This document shows, piece after piece, positions 49,137-49,261 of a DNA stretch of 49,261 nt (positions within the stretch are counted from its first letter, which is position 1; the number at the start of each line of letters is the position of its first letter). The notes under the pieces were generated by a model, which worked only from the letters and a program-made list of their open reading frames with translations, searched no databases and had not been told where the DNA came from. The DNA is from Candidatus Hydrogenedentota bacterium. Its GTDB lineage: Bacteria; Hydrogenedentota; Hydrogenedentia; Hydrogenedentales; JAEUWI01. The position numbers and the translations under genes were made by a program. Location: contig JAXMOL010000055.1 in NCBI GenBank assembly GCA_034669905.1, positions 1 through 49,261 on the forward strand, written 5' to 3'.

Positions 49137-49261
49137 AGGGTGAAGGGTGAAGGGTGAAGGGTGAAGGGTGAAGGGTGAAGGGTGAAGGGTGAAGGGTGAA
49201 GGGTGAAGGGTGAAGGGTGAAGGGTGAAGGGTGAAGGGTGAAGGGTGAAGGGTGAAGGGTG
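49128..49261 (+). repeat. Perfect tandem array (GAAGGGT)19, running off the window end
   Basis: 19 exact copies at 49128-49260 plus G; supplies the last codons and TGA of the MocR gene. Confidence 0.95.

Noticed and set aside
49128..49261. Telomere of a linear replicon
   Set aside because: The same unit occurs internally at 45847 and begins inside a gene end; no terminal-protein or protelomerase gene seen

Overview
GC-rich bacterial chromosomal window with about 46 credible genes. The DUF1559/H-X9-DG prepilin-like protein, PQQ-type propeller and sigma54 pilin/flagellar promoters suggest Candidatus Hydrogenedentota or a Planctomycetota-like lineage (inference only). In order: an Rrf2-nnrS-ric nitrosative-stress operon with a repeated operator; doxX-marR divergent from mgtE; a beta-propeller protein; alanine-glyoxylate aminotransferase; an exported esterase between ~100-bp direct repeats; a DUF1559 protein; the glyoxylate shunt aceBA with a divergent LysR; a metallophosphoesterase; rsmA plus an orphan histidine kinase behind a ~300-nt structured leader; an FHA-GAF-adenylate cyclase; a membrane-anchored cross-brace-like Zn-finger protein; an STN-repeat lipoprotein; a hybrid kinase; tonB-exbB; a Helicase_C_3 protein; a PilZ protein; a sigma54-driven type IV pilin; suhB; 5-FTHF cyclo-ligase; a flagellar operon flgFGAHIJ-[EF-hand]-flgN-flgL lacking flgM and flgK; YceI; a C-N hydrolase; a GH143-like hydrolase; hicAB; a MocR regulator; and a terminal (GAAGGGT)19 array. 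No rRNA, tRNA, CRISPR, transposase or integrase was seen. The strongest leads are the EF-hand gene in the flgM slot, the structured rsmA leader, a dispersed 42-bp palindromic repeat family, and heptamer arrays that supply stop codons. All calls come from motif recognition; no database searches were run.
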